DNA of 10,606 nucleotides from a virus: UHGV virus genome UHGV-0360087; one strand, 5' to 3'. Shown piece by piece: positions 7,168 to 10,606 of this stretch (position 1 is its first letter; each line of letters starts with the position of its first letter). The notes under the pieces were generated by a model. It saw only the letters and a program-made list of their open reading frames with translations, ran no database searches and was not told where the DNA came from. The position numbers and the translations under genes were made by a program.

Positions 7168-7460
7168 AGCCCCTCCTCAATGTTGACTTGATGCCGGGCA
7201 ATGACTTCCACCATGTAGCGCACGTTTTCCGCCATGCGCTCCTGAAACTCAACATCGTCATCAAACGCACGGGTAATGGCTTTTTTGCTGGCCCCGTGGC
7301 GTTGCAAATGATCGATGCATAGCGATTCAAACAGGTGCTGGGGCAGGCTTTTTTCCATGTCGTCTGCCAGTTCTGCCTCTTTCTCTTCACGGGCGAGCTG
7401 CTGGTAGTGACGCGCCCAGCTCTGAGCCTCAAGACGATCCTGAATGTAATAAGCGTTCAT
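7164..7460 (-). CDS. gam: Gam, host-nuclease (RecBCD) inhibitor, lambda GamS-like, 98 aa
   Basis: [37 protein letters not shown]...[19 protein letters not shown]...[15 protein letters not shown] is near-identical to lambda Gam as I recall it. AGGAG lies 7 nt upstream. Confidence 0.85.
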
Positions 7461-7536
7461 GGCTGAACTCCTGAAAATGGCTGTGAAAATATCGCCCGCG
7501 AAATGCCAGGCTGATTAGGAAAACAGGAAAGGGGGG

Positions 7537-7914
7537 TTAGTGATTCAGGCCGTTACCGCGTCCGTCGAGAAAAACTTCTACGAGCAAATCACGGGTATAA
7601 GTGCGCTCGATGCCGCGATGCAGATAAAGCCGTCCGCGTAAATTAGCTGATGCAGTCCAGGTACCATCTTTGTGTTTGACCAGCATTCCTGGCATGACCG
7701 CGCCGCGATTAACGGTCTGTGTTCCGTAATGTTGATGAACCATAAAAACTCCTGCCCGTAAGCTGGGCTGCTGAACATATAGAGACTTCTGCGCGTATTC
7801 AGGCGGTGGATGGCCGCCGGTTGTCATAACTAAGCCGCCTCGTTGAAGCGACTGAGGTATGAAATGTTGAGTTAATTTCAGCTGGTCACACCGACGTTCA
7901 CGCGTCCGTTTCAC
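7537..7914 (-). CDS. Hypothetical protein with arginine-rich N-terminus, first ORF downstream of pL; possible N-like antiterminator or small kil-like protein
   Basis: The frame is open from TTG 7947. GTG 7914 has GGGGAG about 8 nt upstream and gives MKRTRERRCDQ... An internal ATG at 7743 has a strong AGGAG 5 nt upstream and would give a 68-aa product. The true start and the function are both unresolved. Confidence 0.35.
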   Translation of the reverse strand: MKRTRERRCDQLKLTQHFIPQSLQRGGLVMTTGGHPPPEYAQKSLYVQQPSLRAGVFMVHQHYGTQTVNRGAVMPGMLVKHKDGTWTASANLRGRLYLHRGIERTYTRDLLVEVFLDGRGNGLNH

Positions 7915-8002
7915 CCCTCGCACTCCCCGAAGCCTGCCGAAATTCAAACTGCGGATCTAAGCGGTCATCGCAACGGTGAATCAGGTAGTTGCCGTATCGT
8001 TG

Positions 8003-8077
8003 TGTTGTTGCGACGAACTTATTTAAAACTATAGTTGTTTTATCGTCAACAACAAAAGTTGTTTTATTGGTTGTTTT
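8003..8077 (-). promoter_or_regulatory. Putative pL promoter with OL operators
   Basis: On the minus strand, -35 TTGACG (8044-8049) and -10 TTAAAT (8021-8026) are separated by 17 bp. They are embedded in repeated GTTGTT/AACAAC half-sites (palindrome GTTGTT-N8-AACAAC at 8034-8053, with further copies at 8059-8074). The same half-site occurs in OR. Confidence 0.5.
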
Positions 8078-8190
8078 AGATATAACTGATTGTATTTAGG
8101 ATGGATTTATTTTGTGACTTGAATCGCATAGCGATAACTGAAGCGAGGTTATGGTGGTTTTTTTAACGGTGTGTGTGATGAGGGGAGGGC

Positions 8191-8217
8191 AAAAGAAAAC
8201 CCGGCACGGTGACCGGG
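8191..8217 (-). terminator. Intrinsic terminator downstream of the repressor gene
   Basis: On the minus strand the hairpin CCCGG-N8-CCGGG (8200-8217) is followed by UUUUCUUUU (8191-8199), about 120 nt after the cI stop. Confidence 0.6.
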
Positions 8218-8338
8218 ATTCTTACGCCGTTAGGTAAAGATATTATTGCGGTGGCTTAATATTACTACCTAGAGCAAAGATAGGAATTAGTTCTTTACTG
8301 AATGAGCACAATGCCCAGTTGATAATTTTTAATTGGTA

Positions 8339-9028
8339 CTACCCATGCTTCCTATATGTCTGCGGCATGCTCCCAATAACCTTACCGAAGATGAACACCC
8401 GGTTCATCTCGTCTTTCTCGATCGGGTCCCACGGTGAGTAGCTTTTGTTATCAGAGATGACCAGCAGCTTATCCTTCATCATTTGCAGGCGCTTTACATG
8501 GGCTGTGTCGTCGTACAGAAACGCATAGATACCATCACCGTCGAAAGATTTAACTGTGATATCAACGAACAGCAGATCACCTGGTTCGATCGTTCCTGAC
8601 ATGCTGTCACCACGCACGTTAATGATGCGGATATTTTCCGCCTTCCTACCATCGAACATGTGACGAGCATCGTCAAACGAGTACTCAACCGAGCGTAGAA
8701 CTTCTACAAACTCACGGTTGATGACTCCCGGCCCAGCACTGACTTCTATATCAAGAACGTCAATCTTGAAGTATTTGGAATGGCTGACAGTTGATTGTAT
8801 TGGTTGCACTGTACTGTCTGACATATTTCCAACGCCAGAAGATAACCATTCTGCGCGCACACCCAAAGCGTTCGCGATCTCCACGATTTTAGTTGTTTGA
8901 TTAGCTTTCCCTGTTTCGATTTTCTGAATAGCAGCCTGGCTAACCCCGACCAAATCCCCAAGCGCCTTTTGTGTAAGGCCTCGCGCTAATCTGGCTTCTT
9001 TAAGTCTTTCTGAGAGTGTTGTTTTCAT
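8339..9028 (-). CDS. CI-like prophage repressor (HTH_XRE N-terminus plus LexA-like S24 peptidase C-terminus), 229 aa
   Basis: From the ATG at 9028 the protein reads MKTTLSERLKEARLARGLTQKALGDLVGVSQAAIQKIETGK (HTH). It has an Ala-Gly cleavage site (VSAGPG), the catalytic Ser in GDSMSG and Lys in HVKRLQ. The longer ORF from 9094 would run into the OR palindrome. Confidence 0.85.
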   Translation of the reverse strand: MKTTLSERLKEARLARGLTQKALGDLVGVSQAAIQKIETGKANQTTKIVEIANALGVRAEWLSSGVGNMSDSTVQPIQSTVSHSKYFKIDVLDIEVSAGPGVINREFVEVLRSVEYSFDDARHMFDGRKAENIRIINVRGDSMSGTIEPGDLLFVDITVKSFDGDGIYAFLYDDTAHVKRLQMMKDKLLVISDNKSYSPWDPIEKDEMNRVFIFGKVIGSMPQTYRKHG

Positions 9029-9132
9029 AGTCCAAATGTACAACCAAGGTTTTATTCTATCAAACGAAAATGGTTGTTGACTAAAAACAACCATAGTTTT
9101 AATCTTGATTCAAATTAACCACGGAGGTTGTT
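9029..9132. promoter_or_regulatory. OR region with putative pR (rightward) and pRM (leftward)
   Basis: Palindrome TGGTTGTT-N7-AACAACCA at 9071-9093 overlaps -35 TTGACT (9077-9082); a -10-like TAATCT is at 9100-9105. An extra half-site ACAACCA is at 9040-9046. The cro RBS GGAGG is at 9123-9127. Confidence 0.6.
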
Positions 9133-9363
9133 ATGAACCCAGCTATCAAAACAGCGATCAATATCGTTGGTTCACAAAAGAAACTGGGCGCTGCTTGCGA
9201 AGTTTCACAGCAGGCCGTCTATAAGTGGCTTCACAACAAAGCAAAGGTATCCCCTGAACATGTCGGCAGCATTGTTACGGCTACTGGTGGAGTAGTGAAG
9301 GCATACCAGATTCGCCCGGATCTTCCGAAGTTGTTTCCACACACCGAAAAGAACGCAGCTTAA
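9133..9363 (+). CDS. Cro-like / YdaS-family HTH regulator, 76 aa
   Basis: Divergent from the repressor across OR. VGSQKKLGAACEVSQQAVYKWL...IRPDLPKLF matches the YdaS/Cro-type HTH pattern. Confidence 0.8.
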   Translation: MNPAIKTAINIVGSQKKLGAACEVSQQAVYKWLHNKAKVSPEHVGSIVTATGGVVKAYQIRPDLPKLFPHTEKNAA

Positions 9364-9375
9364 ATTTCCATTTCA

Positions 9376-9384
9376 CGCTCTTTA
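9376..9384 (+). promoter_or_regulatory. boxA-like element (possible nutR)
   Basis: CGCTCTTTA lies 13 nt downstream of the cro stop, matching the lambdoid boxA consensus CGCTCTT(T)A. No convincing GC-stem boxB hairpin follows. Confidence 0.3.
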
Positions 9385-9432
9385 ACAATAAGCAATCAAC
9401 TTAACAGTCAATTCAAACTAAAGGAGTCAATT

Positions 9433-9972
9433 ATGCAACCACTTCCATACCAACAGACTAGCGGATTTAGCCCGACTGCGGTGATAAATCGTTCTCAAAC
9501 AAAACAGGTGCTAGGCCACGAAAAAATCCGTGATGCCGTCCGCGCCTGGTCGGCTGTAGATAATCAGGATGTCGTTGCCACACTCATTGTGAATGAGTAT
9601 CGGGAGCAGGGCGGCGGCACCATCGATTTCCCTGATGATGTCAGCCGTGCACGCCAGAAGCTGTTCCGCTTCCTCGATAACAAATTCGATTCTGAAAAAT
9701 ACCGAAATAACGTGCGTGAACTGACCCCGGCAATTCTGGCGGTACTACCGCTGGAATATCGCGGTTACCTGGTTGAGCAGGATAGCTTCATGGCTAGGTT
9801 GGCTGAAATGGAAAAGGAACTCAGTGAGGCAAAACAGGCTGTCATTCTCAACGCACCACGCCACCAGAAACTGAAGGAAATTAGTGAAGGTATTGTGTCG
9901 ATGTTTCGTGTGGACCCAGATCTGGCTGGTCCATTGATGGCGATGGTTACTACCATGCTGGGGGCGATATGA
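9433..9972 (+). CDS. YdaT-like protein in the cII position (CII-analogue regulator), 179 aa
   Basis: RBS AAGGAG lies 6 nt upstream. The motifs EYREQGGG and LTPAILAVLPLEYR resemble Rac YdaT as I recall it. It sits between cro and the replication gene. Confidence 0.65.
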   Translation: MQPLPYQQTSGFSPTAVINRSQTKQVLGHEKIRDAVRAWSAVDNQDVVATLIVNEYREQGGGTIDFPDDVSRARQKLFRFLDNKFDSEKYRNNVRELTPAILAVLPLEYRGYLVEQDSFMARLAEMEKELSEAKQAVILNAPRHQKLKEISEGIVSMFRVDPDLAGPLMAMVTTMLGAI

Positions 9973-10058
9973 CAGGTTCAGAAATGGCGAAAGCCGGTCT
10001 GCTGGAACAGAACCGACTTTCAGGTGCAAATCGTAACACACTCATTGCGGGAGGAATT

Positions 10059-10606
10059 ATGGCAAACACTGCTGAGATATTCAATTTTCCAGTGCCGGAT
10101 GCGGCACAAAAGGAGCCGCGCGTGGCAGATCTCGATGATGGTTATACGCGCATTGCAAATGAGTTGCTGGAAGTTGTGATGCTGGCCGGATTAACACAGC
10201 ACCAGCTTCTGGTCTTCCTGGCTGTCATGCGCAAAACATATGGTTTTAATAAAAAACTGGATTGGGTGAGCAACGAGCAACTGTCCGAATTGACCGGGAT
10301 ATTGCCGCACAAGTGTTCTGCTGCAAAAAGTGTTCTGGTAAAGCGTGGGATTTTGATTCAGAGCGGGCGGAATATCGGTATTAATAATGTGGTCAGTGAA
10401 TGGTCAACATTACCCGAATCAGGTAAGAAAAATAAAGTTTACCTGAAAGAGGTAAATTTACCTGAATCAGGTAAGAAAAGTTTACCCAAATCAGGTAAAG
10501 GCGTTTACCCGAATCAGGTAAACACAAAAGACAAACTAACAAAAGACAATATAAAACCTTTTTCGTCCGAGAATTCTGGCGAATCCTCTGACCAGCCAGA
10601 AAACGA
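10059..10606 (+). CDS. Replication initiator, lambda O-like N-terminal domain, 3'-truncated by the window end
   Basis: GGGAGG RBS precedes the ATG. MANTAEIFNFPVPD...VADLDDGYTRIANELLE...LLVFLAVMRKTYGFNKKLDWVSNEQLSELTG parallels the lambda O N-terminus. An in-frame ATG at 9984 is an alternative start. Iterons lie inside the gene. Confidence 0.85.
   Translation, partial: MANTAEIFNFPVPDAAQKEPRVADLDDGYTRIANELLEVVMLAGLTQHQLLVFLAVMRKTYGFNKKLDWVSNEQLSELTGILPHKCSAAKSVLVKRGILIQSGRNIGINNVVSEWSTLPESGKKNKVYLKEVNLPESGKKSLPKSGKGVYPNQVNTKDKLTKDNIKPFSSENSGESSDQPEN
10409..10522 (+). repeat. Origin iterons: 4 good and 1 degenerate copy of TTTACC(C/T)(G/A)AATCAGGTAA
   Basis: Direct repeats start at about 10409, 10457, 10481 and 10504, with a degenerate copy at 10438, followed by an A-rich tract (10523-10560). 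This is the ori-in-O architecture. Confidence 0.8.

Larger units (their letters stand above)
2750..10606. mobile_element. Left arm of a lambdoid prophage (integrase through immunity region to the replication gene), continuing beyond the window
   Basis: Gene order is int, xis, accessory genes, recT, gam, pL/OL, cI, OR, cro, cII-like, O with iterons. The exact left boundary between 2750 and 2923 is not resolved. Confidence 0.7.

Noticed and set aside
7139-7778. Alternative-frame minus-strand ORFs 7139-7432 and 7578-7778
   Set aside because: They are out-of-frame overlaps of gam and of the pL-proximal ORF, with no RBS or motif.
8494-8961. Small ORFs inside the repressor gene (8494-8688, 8718-8900, 8746-8961)
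   Set aside because: They are embedded in a confident CDS.
8339-9094. Longer 251-aa form of the repressor starting at 9094
   Set aside because: The extra 22 codons run through the OR palindrome and add a non-HTH leader; the ATG at 9028 gives a canonical repressor N-terminus.
9745-10041. Minus-strand ORFs antisense to the cII-like 3' end (possible OOP-like antisense RNA)
   Set aside because: No promoter-terminator pair was identifiable; the CCAGATCTGG palindrome at 9915-9924 is not a terminator hairpin.
1-10606. CRISPR arrays, rRNA, IS elements
   Set aside because: I found no repeat-spacer periodicity, no rRNA-like sequence, and no terminal inverted repeats flanking a transposase-like ORF.

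Overview
This window looks like the junction of two integrase-bearing mobile elements on either side of a tRNA-Arg(CCU) gene, in an E. coli-like enterobacterial genome. No search or HMM could be run, so every identification rests on motifs read from the translations and on recalled family features. Left of the tRNA (1-2674) is the integrase-proximal arm of an IntS-type prophage: a tail-fibre-assembly-like gene, a strong intrinsic terminator, a ~690-bp cargo segment, and the integrase beside the tRNA 3' end. The cargo segment carries what appears to be a frameshifted YkgJ-like 8-cysteine gene with a G10 tract; this is the most unusual thing I found. Right of the tRNA (2750-10606) is the left arm of a lambdoid prophage: integrase, AlpA/Xis, a translationally coupled accessory operon (two unknowns, a TraR/DksA zinc finger, a Dam-like methyltransferase), a Gp157-like protein, RecT, Gam, an arginine-rich ORF, pL/OL, a CI-like repressor, OR/pR, Cro/YdaS-like, YdaT/CII-like, and the 5' part of an O-like replication gene with ori iterons. 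I saw no rRNA, CRISPR array or IS element. I did not find a clearly novel multi-gene system; the candidates worth follow-up are the cargo pseudogene, the apparently chimeric tRNA, the accessory operon and the arginine-rich ORF downstream of pL.
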